Source of the DNA: Minutocellus sp. GHC0000111
Taxonomy: Eukaryota
Length of the DNA: 64,000 bases
NCBI GenBank assembly: GCA_977018835.1
Contig: OZ361256.1
Span: 7,006,001-7,070,000, forward strand
Direction: 5' to 3'
Part shown: positions 11,946 through 22,652 of the stretch, piece by piece
Position numbering within the stretch: the stretch's first letter is position 1
Layout: each line of letters starts with the position of its first letter
Notes under the pieces: generated by a model
Seen by the model: only the letters and a program-made list of their open reading frames with translations
The model's database searches: none
Told to the model about the DNA's origin: nothing
Made by a program: the position numbers and the translations under genes

Positions 11946-13223
11946 TCAAGCATGGCGCACCCACTGAACAGTTGCCCTATCGTCCGAGCCACTGCCACCT
12001 TTCGATGTCCCTCTATTTTGTTTTCGGTTGTTCTTTCTTGCCGGCGAAACAACTTGGCCTTTCTTCTTTTGCTTATCAAGTGCTTTCACCGGCACCTCAA
12101 TTGCCATGCCAGGCGGTATTGTGTTGAGGGAGTAGTCGCCATACTGTGTTCGGATGAGCCTAGTTACCTTGAGCCCTAGATGCTCCAATACCTTTCTAAT
12201 TTGCCTGTTCTTACCCTCACTGCAGGTGATTCGAAGCCATGTGTTGGTCGACTGCTCCCTCCTGGCCGATGCCTTTTCAATCTTTACATCCATCCCAAGG
12301 TACTGGGTGTTGTCGATCGTAACCCCGCTTCTTATGGCCCGCATCTTAGGTTCCGTGAGCCGTCCATGAACACGAGCGCGGTACGTACGATGAAACTTGT
12401 TGCTTGGCAGTTCCATCTCCCGTGCGTAGCTGCCATCATTGGTCAGTATAAGGAGACCTTCGGTCATCATATCTAATCTCCCCACTGGCTTCAGATGGAC
12501 TCGGTTTTGGCTCTTTTTCTTGGGCTTGCCCACACCTCCCCGGCGCAATCGATCCAGCAGAGAAGGTCGGCCATATGGGTCATTCTCAGCAACCAATTCA
12601 CCCTGTAATTTGTGAGCAAGCCATATTCTCGTTCGTTGACCTTGTGCTAGAGGGTTGGGACCACCACTATGACTGCTGATGAGATCAGTGTTCATGGCAG
12701 GACTACTACTAGAGCCTTTTCCTTCTGCTAATGTTTCGGTCGAGGACGCAGACGATACTGTCTTCGCTGTTGAAGGCAGAAGAAGCTGCCGCCCACCAAC
12801 CTTGATGGTGCCAAATGCCTCTTCGATGCTGAGCAATTCCGAGGGATCAACCACCACGTCACCAGCGACAGTCACCATGCCGTCGCGGATCATTCGCTCT
12901 GCACTGCGTCTGGACATTTGCATGTTCTTACCGTACGATGCGATGAGACGGGACAGCCGAACTTTGTTTGCATTGCCCACTTGTTCTGTATCATCATCTC
13001 CGCCACCGCCACCATCGCCACTGCTGAAATGCCGCCCGCGGGAGGAATCAAATACTGCTCCTGCTCCTGCTCGGGCCAGGTTGTGAGTGCAGCAGTGACT
13101 GCGCCATGAAGCCAATGCCAATGGCGGTTTTGGTGAGCGTCCTCCACATCTTGCGACGGGAAGTGCTCTTCTTATCGGCGCTGACCGGAGAACAGCACCT
13201 GCGCCGGAGAACAGCATACTCAT
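11946..13223 (-). CDS. RsuA/RluB-family rRNA pseudouridine synthase, organelle-targeted
   Basis: S4 domain (VRLSRLIA...SRRSAERMIRDG), catalytic PVGRLDMMTEGLLILTNDG and EGKNRQIRK. Arg/Ser-rich presequence. Confidence 0.93.
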   Translation of the reverse strand: MSMLFSGAGAVLRSAPIRRALPVARCGGRSPKPPLALASWRSHCCTHNLARAGAGAVFDSSRGRHFSSGDGGGGGDDDTEQVGNANKVRLSRLIASYGKNMQMSRRSAERMIRDGMVTVAGDVVVDPSELLSIEEAFGTIKVGGRQLLLPSTAKTVSSASSTETLAEGKGSSSSPAMNTDLISSHSGGPNPLAQGQRTRIWLAHKLQGELVAENDPYGRPSLLDRLRRGGVGKPKKKSQNRVHLKPVGRLDMMTEGLLILTNDGSYAREMELPSNKFHRTYRARVHGRLTEPKMRAIRSGVTIDNTQYLGMDVKIEKASARREQSTNTWLRITCSEGKNRQIRKVLEHLGLKVTRLIRTQYGDYSLNTIPPGMAIEVPVKALDKQKKKGQVVSPARKNNRKQNRGTSKGGSGSDDRATVQWVRHA

Positions 13224-13569
13224 AGACTCCCTGCTACGCACGCTCTCGATTTCCTGGAATTGAATTGGTGAAAGCAGTGATGAGGGTCTCGGTCGGTCGA
13301 CGGAAAGACCCCGGAAACGCCTCGCTCAGCAGCACATCTGACACAACGCGTCACAGGACTGCATTGTTTTGAACTTTTTCAATACGTTTTCTGGGATGCA
13401 GTCCCTGGGCACAATAGATCATATGAAGGACATATTGAAATCGAATCTCGAGCTTTCCAACATTTTTTTCCAACACCCAGCCAGCCAAGGACAAGTTAGA
13501 AAGTTTCATCCAGCTGCTGCCCGCTGCCGGCCTGCATGCATCCTGCATGCCATTCACCCAGAGATAATC

Positions 13570-15003
13570 ATGAAGCGAATACGCCAAACAGGCGATGGCA
13601 TAAAGCCAAGAGAAGATAACAACAACAATAGCAGCCGAGATAGCACCAACTCCAACAATAATCTCAGAAGTGCTCAAGCGCAGAACAGCATAAATCGAGC
13701 AACAGGAAACACATCCTCTTCCTCCAGGAGAAGATCGAGGAGCAATAGCCCGCCGGTCAAAAACGACTGTAGCGATTCCGACTCGAACATGGGAATACCC
13801 GATTCACAGGTGGACGCACAAGCGCACGTATTGCCATTGGGAGAGCGTGATGCGTCAGATGACAATAGCCATGGAAGCAGAAGAAGTACGGGGAGCAATA
13901 CCAATACCAATAGCAATGGCGGCAACGCATCGCCTTCGTCGGCGGCACTCGAGGCGAACGATGAGCAGGATGGGGGTGGATGTTCCTCATCGGGAGGCTC
14001 CGCAAGTGCGTTGGGAGAGAACGATATCGACGATGCCCGCACTTTCCCTCCCTACGAGGCAGCAGCTGATCGGAACGACGAAATAATGGAAAACGCAGGA
14101 GCTGGCGATGGTGGCGGCGCAACCGTGGGCGGTGCGCATCAGCTGAACGTTTTGGTCCTCGTCCGGTTACTTTTCCACTACCTCGAAAAGGTCGATCCGC
14201 AACTCCTGCTGGAGGCCAAGAGGGCTCTGAAGGATTGTGACCGGCGCAAGCGCGACGGTGATCCGGGATATCAACAACTGTCCGAGATCATACCACGTCG
14301 TTTGCGACGAATTGTAGGGGACAAGCACTGGGGTCGGGCCTTGGCGATTCAGCGCAATTATCTGCTACAGAAGAAAAGAAAGAAGAAACAGAGGGACGAA
14401 ATGATGCAGCATCGACGACACATAAGTCGCAACAAGGAAAAGATGGGAAGGGGCGTAAATCCCAATGTTGTCAGCATGGAAAGCTCTGTTGATACGAGCG
14501 TGCAAGCCTCGGCAACTTCTGTGCCTGCAGCTTCTGCCGCTGCGTCCGCATCAGCCGCGTCGGCGTCAGCAACAGCGCAGCACCATCTGTCCGATACCGG
14601 TGCCGATAGTCCATTTCCTTCTTCGCCGTCCCCATCCGCCGTGCCAATATTCAATCCCGGACTACTTCACAGGGTGGTCGTTCCGAGCGCTAGCGGTGAT
14701 AATACCACGAGCAGCGCTTCAACGTCCAGGGCCGGCAACGGTGATAGCCCCTACAATAACCAGGCACACATCCTAAGTCCATTCGAGGTGGCGCAACGTG
14801 CTTTGGCAGCACAGGTTGAGGCATACAACCGAGCTTCGACGCAGATGGGCCTTGACACACAGATGCAGCAGCAGGCCTTTGGATTTCCACCAGCACCGGA
14901 AGCACAGGAAGCCTTACTGGCCTCGGTGGCCGCCTCCGCCTGGCAAGGGAGAATACCCATGTCGTCGTGTCACACGGATGATAGCTCGGAATCTTCATCC
15001 TGA
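13570..15003 (+). CDS. Hypothetical low-complexity protein with one small helical domain
   Basis: Long ORF with an ordered island LVRLLFHYLEKVDP...LRRIVGDKHWGRA and a basic NLS-like KKRKKK. Conserved in arm 2. Confidence 0.65.
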   Translation: MKRIRQTGDGIKPREDNNNNSSRDSTNSNNNLRSAQAQNSINRATGNTSSSSRRRSRSNSPPVKNDCSDSDSNMGIPDSQVDAQAHVLPLGERDASDDNSHGSRRSTGSNTNTNSNGGNASPSSAALEANDEQDGGGCSSSGGSASALGENDIDDARTFPPYEAAADRNDEIMENAGAGDGGGATVGGAHQLNVLVLVRLLFHYLEKVDPQLLLEAKRALKDCDRRKRDGDPGYQQLSEIIPRRLRRIVGDKHWGRALAIQRNYLLQKKRKKKQRDEMMQHRRHISRNKEKMGRGVNPNVVSMESSVDTSVQASATSVPAASAAASASAASASATAQHHLSDTGADSPFPSSPSPSAVPIFNPGLLHRVVVPSASGDNTTSSASTSRAGNGDSPYNNQAHILSPFEVAQRALAAQVEAYNRASTQMGLDTQMQQQAFGFPPAPEAQEALLASVAASAWQGRIPMSSCHTDDSSESSS

Positions 15004-15182
15004 CGCAAATTGGATCAGATGTGAGATTGTATAGTAACTCCTTTGTCTTGTGATGTCCACAATTCAAGTTCTCTACGAGTCTAAATTAGAGTAGAAACGA
15101 TTCTCTCCGCACTGCGAGTAGATCTAGTACGTCGTTGGTAGTTCGCTGGGATTTGACCGTTGGGATTCGTTCCAACGATCAC

Positions 15183-15272
15183 CTAACTCGCCTACAAGCT
15201 AGCTAGTGACATTCCTTGCTGATTTGTAATATATTACAAATCAGCAAAGAATGTCATTAGTAGGCGAGTTAG
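15183..15272. repeat. Near-perfect palindrome/hairpin between convergent genes
   Basis: CTAACTCGCCTAC..CTAGTGACATTCCTTGCTGATTTGTAATA|TATTACAAATCAGCAAAGAATGTCATTAGTAGGCGAGTTAG. Confidence 0.85.
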
Positions 15273-15352
15273 ACAAATATATCTAGTAGAGAAACTACAT
15301 TGTTGTACAGTCTCTAAATCTCAAAGTCGTGTATATATTGCAGATGAAATAT

Positions 15353-16390
15353 TTAGTCATTGCGACATGCCAAGTCATATTCAACAATCCTACATCCATC
15401 AATACCGGTACTACTACCAGCATTGCTATCACCATAATTGTCGCCAGTGTCATTCGCCACAATCAAATATATGATCGCCCCATAGCCGCTCAAACAGTCT
15501 CGTTCCAGGGCGCTCAAAAACGCCCTCCCACAAACACGTACGAGCTCTTCCGGTTCCAGATCCGGTTGCCACAATGCCTCGGCTGTCCCATGCATTGACT
15601 TTGATGCTGCCCCAGAACAAACAAAGCTGTGCGACTTGGATTGGGCGCCGATGACATCGTGCGAGCATAAAAAGGGACGGTAGCAAGATCGAGGCGCCAC
15701 TTGGGTTGCATCATCCGATGGCTCCCGAAGCATCACCACTTTTTCCAGTCCAGCTACAATGGGCTCAACAAAGTAAGGGCTTTGCCGTCTCCCATACAAA
15801 ATATGACTGGTCAGAGCAGCCATGGACCTAGGAGTGATGCGTCGCGATGACGGTGATGAACCTGTCACTACCGCAGAGTCATCACCATCTGAACAACCAT
15901 CTTCCTCGTCTTCGAAACCAAATCCAGAAATACGGCCCATTTTCGCCGATATCTGCACAGACAATTCCTCAGAAAGAGATCGGACGTCTCCGTCTAACCC
16001 TGTAAAGGCCACGAGGAGAGATGGATTGGGCGCAAGCACGTGTCTGGGATTCGAGGCGATGGTCTGTGGACCCGATCCAAAACGCTTATCGACCGCCACT
16101 GCCACGCACCCCTTCCCAGCCATTGCGAGAATTGACCCCCCATTCAATGTCTGAGGATTTTGCTCCTGCTGTGCTTTGACAAAGATGTTGATGTTGCGCG
16201 GTGATCTCCCTGTTAGAAGCAAAAGGGAGGCAAGAATGAAGGCCAACGGGGGCGGAGAGGAATGATGGAGGATGGCGGGTCGCCGCCTCCGTTTTCGATT
16301 CCATCCGATGTCGAATTTTTGCTTGTGGTTAGGAACAGATGCCGTTACCCCAAGCCTCTGATCACTCTTCTGTGTCTGGCTCGTTGTCAT
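15353..16390 (-). CDS. 20S proteasome beta-3-like subunit with N-terminal hydrophobic extension
   Basis: Motifs NGGSILAMAGKGCVAVAVDKRFG, PYFVEPIVAGL, ALERDCLSGYGA and C-terminal LACRND, preceded by LAFILASLLLL. Confidence 0.9.
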   Translation of the reverse strand: MTTSQTQKSDQRLGVTASVPNHKQKFDIGWNRKRRRRPAILHHSSPPPLAFILASLLLLTGRSPRNINIFVKAQQEQNPQTLNGGSILAMAGKGCVAVAVDKRFGSGPQTIASNPRHVLAPNPSLLVAFTGLDGDVRSLSEELSVQISAKMGRISGFGFEDEEDGCSDGDDSAVVTGSSPSSRRITPRSMAALTSHILYGRRQSPYFVEPIVAGLEKVVMLREPSDDATQVAPRSCYRPFLCSHDVIGAQSKSHSFVCSGAASKSMHGTAEALWQPDLEPEELVRVCGRAFLSALERDCLSGYGAIIYLIVANDTGDNYGDSNAGSSTGIDGCRIVEYDLACRND

Positions 16391-16754
16391 TTTGTACTTT
16401 GCAGTCAATATCAGGTGTACTTATGGAATAACGCGGCGCACTCGCTCCGCTCTCTCCCGCAACTGACTTGACTCATCAATAATTCGTCCATTGTCTGGCC
16501 GTCTTTCTGCCTTACCCTCCACGGGTAAGCACGTGACGGGCCGATGACGTACCCTCTGCTCTGACCTCGCGATCTTTCGTCGTCAGTCGTCAACAACTGT
16601 GGTCGCGGTCGCATCGATATTTCCAGAACGCATTGATCGATCAGCAATTGACTCAGCCATCCGCAACATATCTAACACAAGCCAAGGCAGTGCAATTCAA
16701 AAGCCATCACCTGTTTTGAGACGAGAATAAATATACCACCCTTCGATAAATATC

Positions 16755-17438
16755 ATGCGCTATTCCATTTCCAGCCTTTATGCGACAGCGGCGGTATCCG
16801 CCGTCGTGATGGCATTCTTCGATTCGGCATCAGTGGTGCATGGCTTCGCCTTGACGTCGCAAAGAGCATCGCCAAGTATGGCGGCAGCGGCAGCAGCAAG
16901 ACAGCCCTTGGTGCTCGGTATGGCTGCGGATGACAGCTCGGGGGGTGATCCCAATGAAATTGTTGGGAAACGCATCATCGTTACCGGCGATGTCAATGGC
17001 GGCTACCTCCGCACCTGCATCAGCAATGAAGCAGGCAAGTTCCGCCGGTTGTTGGGTACCATGTCGCCCCCCGATGATGGAGATGAGGCCGAAATTTATG
17101 TGGAGGTGAGACGACAACATGAAATGGGAATATCATTCTTGCTTGGTGCGGTGATAAGAAGCCTACATTCGCATTTGCTCGTTGCGCTGTGTCGAATAGC
17201 TCTTCTTTCTCTTTCGATTTCTTCCCAGCATTTGTGCTATTTCCATGCTAGTACTCACCTTTTGTTTATATTTTCTCATTCATAGGGCAAGCGAAAAATG
17301 ATTGATGGATTCATTCGATGGTGCAAGCGGGGAGACAAGGCAATCGGCCTGAGCCAGCGTCTTACGGTGAAGGAGGTGACCGAGGTGGTACCCACTGGCC
17401 TGTACGATGGATTCTATGTACGGACAGGACGGGACTAA
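16755..17438 (+). CDS. Plastid-targeted acylphosphatase-like protein (intron 17106-17285)
   Basis: Signal peptide with VHG-FAL. Splicing GTGAGA...CATAG gives RIIVTGDVNGGYLR...EIYVE|GKRKMIDGFIRWCKRG...GFYV, with TAA at 17436-17438. Confidence 0.8.
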
Positions 17439-17841
17439 GCACATATAGAAGAATTAAACAAGTGATTTTGTTCCTTGTTGGTCGTTGAGAATGGATGGAA
17501 TGGGGGGGAGGGAAAGAGAGAAAGGAAGTATTGTGCCTTTGAATACAGTTGGCAATATATGGTGCTACTGCTTCGGCTACGTAAGGAGGAAATGAATCTC
17601 AGGAGAGTTAAGCAAAAGAAGTGCAGTCGGAGAATAGACTGTTCCACTTTTTGTGGATATTGGGCAAAAATTTGCGTTGACTTTCGTATTAGTAGCCTTC
17701 CGTGCATGGCATGCCAGTACCATTTGCAATAGAAATCTCTAAAAATAATTTCTAGTTTACGTTGTTCAAAACTGATTTCGATTTATCATCTGCATCATCC
17801 AAAATTTGTTTCTCAAAAATGTATTTTGCTCGCATGCTTGC

Positions 17842-18089
17842 TTGCATGGAACAGCAACCAGAATCAAGCTCACTAGTCTCGTTGGTCTCTGGAGCGAGAT
17901 CTATAGCCGGGTTGCTAGCATTGAAATCATATGAGCGAAAAGGCGGTTCGCAATTCATATTACTTGCTGGAACAGCAACCAGAATCAAGCTCACTAGTCT
18001 CGTTGGTCTCTGGAGGGAGATCTATAGCCGGGTTGCCAGCATTGAAACCATCTGGTTTGAGCGAAAAGGCGGTCATTTCGCAATTCATA
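17842..18089. repeat. Tandem duplication of the last ~130 nt of the amine oxidase CDS
   Basis: 17960-18089 is followed, in gene orientation, by a degenerate copy at 17842-17959. The same structure occurs at 55592-55839. Confidence 0.9.
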
Positions 18090-20198
18090 ACAGGAAAGTT
18101 CTCAACAGTCGGAACATGAGTAACGCCAAAAGCATGCCAAAGGATAACATCCTCTCCCTCAATGTTGTCGTTTTCCTTTATCCAAACAGGCAGTCCATCT
18201 TGTTCTTTTGCTTGAGGAGTGTACTCTCCTGCTGGATAGCGCTCCGATTCGTCGTATGGGGTGACCCAGAGATGAGCAGTAGCGAATTCGCCCTTCGTCG
18301 ACACGCTGCTATTCGCCGCAGTGAGTAACGGTGGCTGCGCTGGTCCTTTGGTAAAGGGAACAAGCTTGTACGCCGTGGGCTTTCCTGTAATCGGATTCAA
18401 TTTACCCTCAGCGTTGGATATCTTCCAAGTACGGGCCCGATTTGCATCATACTTGCGAACAGCGTCGGTCTCTGATCGGAGGACAGTCGCGACAGGCCCA
18501 AACATGTTACCGAATGGATTCTCTCCTCGATGCGCCACCACATCAACCTCGCTCACAGTGTTCTTCTCACCGTCGACAGACATGTCAATGCGGGCACAAA
18601 ACATGTGTTGGTGCACCTGAGAATTGACACCGGGAGCACAAAGAACTCCGTGCGATGGATCATTCGGATCCTCTCCAGCCGAGGGTAGGTAAGTCGACAG
18701 TTCACCACTCAAACGGATCTCGTATTCTATCTCTCCATTCAGCTTGAAGCGGATGTAGAATAGACATTCATAGTTCACCACAGTACAAATGAAAGAGATG
18801 ACAAGCTCGCGAGCCCGTCGTGATTCGTTGTGCCCATTTCGATACTCAACATGCTTCCAAAGTATTCCATCGTCTTCTTCGTGCATGCAGACGGCCTTCT
18901 TCACGACGTAAGGATCGCCATTCGAATCGCTGAGGGCTGCGTCAAAATAATGGATTAAACCGAGACAATCGCAGCCCAGCTCTAGTGAATTGGCACAGAA
19001 TCCAAGACCATAGTCGCCAACATCGAACGCACACTTTCGAGAGTAGGGTGGGTTGGGGTCGCCGTACGGAACCGCTATCTCCACAAGGCTCAGACGGTTT
19101 ACGACAGGCCTTCCATCGAAGTGAATTTTGTGCAGCACCAAGCCCTCGCGAGCATTCCAACCAACGGTAAAGGACCAGTTCTGCCAGTCAACACGATTCC
19201 CATCTACCGCAAAGGACGGTCCGTCGGGCTGGGTAATATCCAACGCCTTGAGTGCATTCCCCCTCCATTCCCTCTGCAGATACGAATTGGTCTTCACCAA
19301 ATTGCGATGATAGTTGACACTGAGCTGAGGGATTTCAGGAGGAGGGAGACGATTGAGCCCATCAATCCTCACTACAGTCTTGGTGTTCAAGTCTACCACG
19401 GGTAAATGTCGATCGGGTGGGCATAATGGTTGTCCTCAAGGTCCTGTCCTTGAACTCTCTGATAAAGGAAGGTTTGGACGAGACGCCGAGGAGGCATCGA
19501 TGGGTCGTCGGGCTCAGTCAGCGCAATGTCGGCCTCGCAGGCTAGATGGACACTCCAGGGATCGGCAGCTACGCGGGACATGTCGGTGATGCCATACCGT
19601 TCCTTCAGGGCATGCTGCACTTCACTGGATGATTTTGCTATTTCTTCCGCGAGGTAGCAGTCATCGGGAGTTAGCAGAGGTTGGACGCCCCGAGGCAGCT
19701 CTTTGGCGTTGCCAACTGCAGCAGTGATGGCATCTCCCTTTACCTGCAGATTGACTTCTATCTCGGAGGCGATGCCAGTCTCGGTGTTCAATACCAGCAC
19801 TTCGGCCTTTCGGGGCGGCTTGGTGCCATTCTCGGCAGCGCTTTGAAGAACACGTTTGTTCGGCTCATTGAGATTGATTGAAACGAAGCGAAGATGTGAG
19901 TCATTCCCTCTCTCGGCGAAGAAGGACTTGACACTGTCTGCTGTTACCGCAATTCCTTTGGTGTCAGGGAGCACAATGGGTGTAGATCAGCGGGAGAAGG
20001 TGGGCTCCGTCCAGTCGACCAAACACTTCTTCTCGGCATTCGCCGGAAGTTTATAATGTTGTTGTTCGGATGGTTCTGATCCGACGCAGATGGAGGTATT
20101 AGTCCAGCCGACGAGCCACTGCTTCCCAGGCATCTTCCAACTATATTCTTACCTGTGCGGGGCAACAGGCGCCGAGCAACGCCAAGGCGAGACAGCAT
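17960..20198 (-). CDS. Copper-containing (TPQ) amine oxidase, arm-1 copy with two 1-nt frameshifts (~19952, ~19405)
   Basis: Motifs HPLCSLTPKE, AFDVGDYGLG, SLELGCDCLG, CMHEEDDG, TVVNYE, HQH and HVPTVENFPVM. N-terminus MLSRLGVARRLLPR is mitochondrial-like. Confidence 0.92.
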
Positions 20199-20405
20199 TG
20201 CATTTGACGAGGTTGCAAAGATACGACGACACAAGATGTGGTCAATTCAAATTTTGGGATCTTGCCGCCTAGCCCGTTGACGGAAAGAGCGGTTCGACTT
20301 TTGGGTTTTGGGGGCTTTGGGGCACGTGTCCGCGTCTACTACGAGTAGTATGGGCCGCTTCTACGCATGCATGACCTGCCCGTACATGTACAAACCAACG
20401 AGATC

Positions 20406-22562
20406 ATGAGCACGAAGCACGAAGGCGACGACGTCCTCCAGCAGGAGAAGTCCGCGGCGGCCTCGTGGAGGGAGAAGCGCAAGGCCCGCCGGAGGCAGAG
20501 GGAAGCCGAGGCCGCAGGAATCACGGCCAGCCTGCTTCCCACAGGTGGTGATGATGGTGACACATTCGGTCGTGCCGACGCAGGTGCTGGTACCGGAGGA
20601 ACGGGCGAGGGAGGCGGATACGTGCCCTACATGTCGGCTGCCAAGCGTGCGAGAATGGAACGGGAGGCGGCGCTGATGGAGGCTTCGGGACTAGACCCAT
20701 CGGAGGCTGGTTTCGAGGACGGTCCGTCGTCGAACAGCACCAGCGACAGGGTGCGGGAGGCCAAGGCACGCAAGGCACTTGCCTCTCTTGGCTCGGGTGG
20801 TGCCAAGAAGTCGGACGATACCGACGAAGACGAAAAGGAGTCAGCTGATACCGCCGCCGCAGAAAGGGACGGAGATACCGATGGCGAGGACCAGGAGGAC
20901 GATGCCAACGACGAAGAGGCCGTTACCACCCTCCTCGAGCAGGCCGCGGCCCTCAAACAGAAGCGCGAGGCGTTGTCGGAATCGGAACGGGCGGCTCTGG
21001 CACGCAAGGAAGAAGAAGAACGCATCCTTCGGGAGGCGTCGCAGGTGCAAACCAACGCTCTGCAGGCGGCATCGGAGCTGGCCAAGGGTGTATCGTACCG
21101 CGAGTCTCTGCCCACGAGTTGGCGCTGTCCTCGGAAGATCCTGGCCGAGGGGGAGGAGAGCTGGAAGAAGATCCGGGACAAGTGGCACATACTGGTCGAG
21201 GGCGACGATGTTCCTCCTCCCATCCGTTCGTTTGCCGATATGAAGTTTCCACAGCCAATTTTGGACGATCTGGCCAGTCGCAACATCAAACGTCCGACGC
21301 CGATCCAAATGCAAGGACTTCCCGTCGCTCTGGCCGGTCGGGATATGGTCGGTATTGCCTTTACGGGATCGGGCAAGAGTTTGACCTTTGCTCTGCCTTT
21401 GGTGATGGCCTCCCTCGAAGAGGAAATTCGCATGCCTCTCGTCGGAGGAGAGGGTCCCGTTGGCATCATCCTTGCTCCATCCCGAGAACTGGTCAGACAG
21501 ACGTATGACATCGTCAAAGGTTTCTGTGAGGCAATGGGCCGCTCGGGACAGTACCCACCCCTCCGCGCGCAACTTGTGATTGGTGGAGAATCTGCCCGGG
21601 AGCAACTCGAACCGATCCGAGAAAAGGGATGTCACTGCATTGTGGCATCTCCCGGTCGGCTTCGAGACTTTCTCAAGAAAAAGTCAATTACCCTGGACAT
21701 TTGTCGCTACATATGCTTGGACGAAGCCGACCGTATGCTTGACTTGGGTTTCGATGAGGAGGTCGGAGAGATTATGAACCACTTCACGCATCAAAGACAG
21801 ACGCTCTTGTTTTCGGCGACGTTCCCTAAAAAATATTCTGATTTCGCTAAGTCGACGCTTGTTAGGCCGATCGTTGTCAACGTCGGTAGGGCCGGCGCTG
21901 CCAACCTTGATGTCATCCAGGAGGTGGAGTATGTGAAGCAGGAGGCAAGGATTGTTTATCTTCTTGAGTGCCTCCAAAAGACAGCACCGCCAGTTATGAT
22001 ATTTTGTGAACGCAAGGGCGATGTGGACGACATTCACGAGTACTTGCTATTGAAGGGTGTTGAGGCTGTGTCGATTCATGGAGGGAAAGACCAGGAGGAA
22101 CGTAATGAGGCGATCCAGCTCTTCAAAGAGGGCAAAAAGGACGTGTTGGTTGCAACCGACGTTGCTGCAAAAGGTCTCGATTTCCCTGACATTAAAGCAG
22201 TGATTAATTACGACATGCCCAGCGAGATTGAGAATTATGTTCATCGTATCGGCCGTACTGGTCGTTGTGGAAAGACGGGTGTTGCCACTACCTTCATCAA
22301 TAAGTCTTGCGAGGAAACGGTCTTGCTGGATCTCAAACACTTGCTCATGGAGGCCCACCAACGGGTTCCTCCTGTGCTCATGATCATGGATGATCCTCAG
22401 GACAACCTCGTCAAGGAGGATGGTACGAGAGGATGCTCCTTCTGCGGTGGTCTCGGCCATAGCATTGTGGACTGTCCGAAGATCGATAAGGACGCGAGGA
22501 GGGTTGCGGGCGGTCACAAGGATGCATTGGTTAGTGGAGATGGCTACGGTGGTGATTGGTAA
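20406..22562 (+). CDS. DDX41: DEAD-box RNA helicase DDX41/Abstrakt
   Basis: Motifs PTPIQMQGLP, AFTGSGKS, LDEADRM, SAT and [10 protein letters not shown], plus C-terminal zinc knuckle [15 protein letters not shown]. Confidence 0.93.
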   Translation: MSTKHEGDDVLQQEKSAAASWREKRKARRRQREAEAAGITASLLPTGGDDGDTFGRADAGAGTGGTGEGGGYVPYMSAAKRARMEREAALMEASGLDPSEAGFEDGPSSNSTSDRVREAKARKALASLGSGGAKKSDDTDEDEKESADTAAAERDGDTDGEDQEDDANDEEAVTTLLEQAAALKQKREALSESERAALARKEEEERILREASQVQTNALQAASELAKGVSYRESLPTSWRCPRKILAEGEESWKKIRDKWHILVEGDDVPPPIRSFADMKFPQPILDDLASRNIKRPTPIQMQGLPVALAGRDMVGIAFTGSGKSLTFALPLVMASLEEEIRMPLVGGEGPVGIILAPSRELVRQTYDIVKGFCEAMGRSGQYPPLRAQLVIGGESAREQLEPIREKGCHCIVASPGRLRDFLKKKSITLDICRYICLDEADRMLDLGFDEEVGEIMNHFTHQRQTLLFSATFPKKYSDFAKSTLVRPIVVNVGRAGAANLDVIQEVEYVKQEARIVYLLECLQKTAPPVMIFCERKGDVDDIHEYLLLKGVEAVSIHGGKDQEERNEAIQLFKEGKKDVLVATDVAAKGLDFPDIKAVINYDMPSEIENYVHRIGRTGRCGKTGVATTFINKSCEETVLLDLKHLLMEAHQRVPPVLMIMDDPQDNLVKEDGTRGCSFCGGLGHSIVDCPKIDKDARRVAGGHKDALVSGDGYGGDW

Positions 22563-22652
22563 ATTGCAGCATATTTAATACTACTTTCTTAACTTGAGTT
22601 TTACTGTATAATTTCTGAGGATCGAATTTTAAGTCAAAACCGAGTCTAGCTG

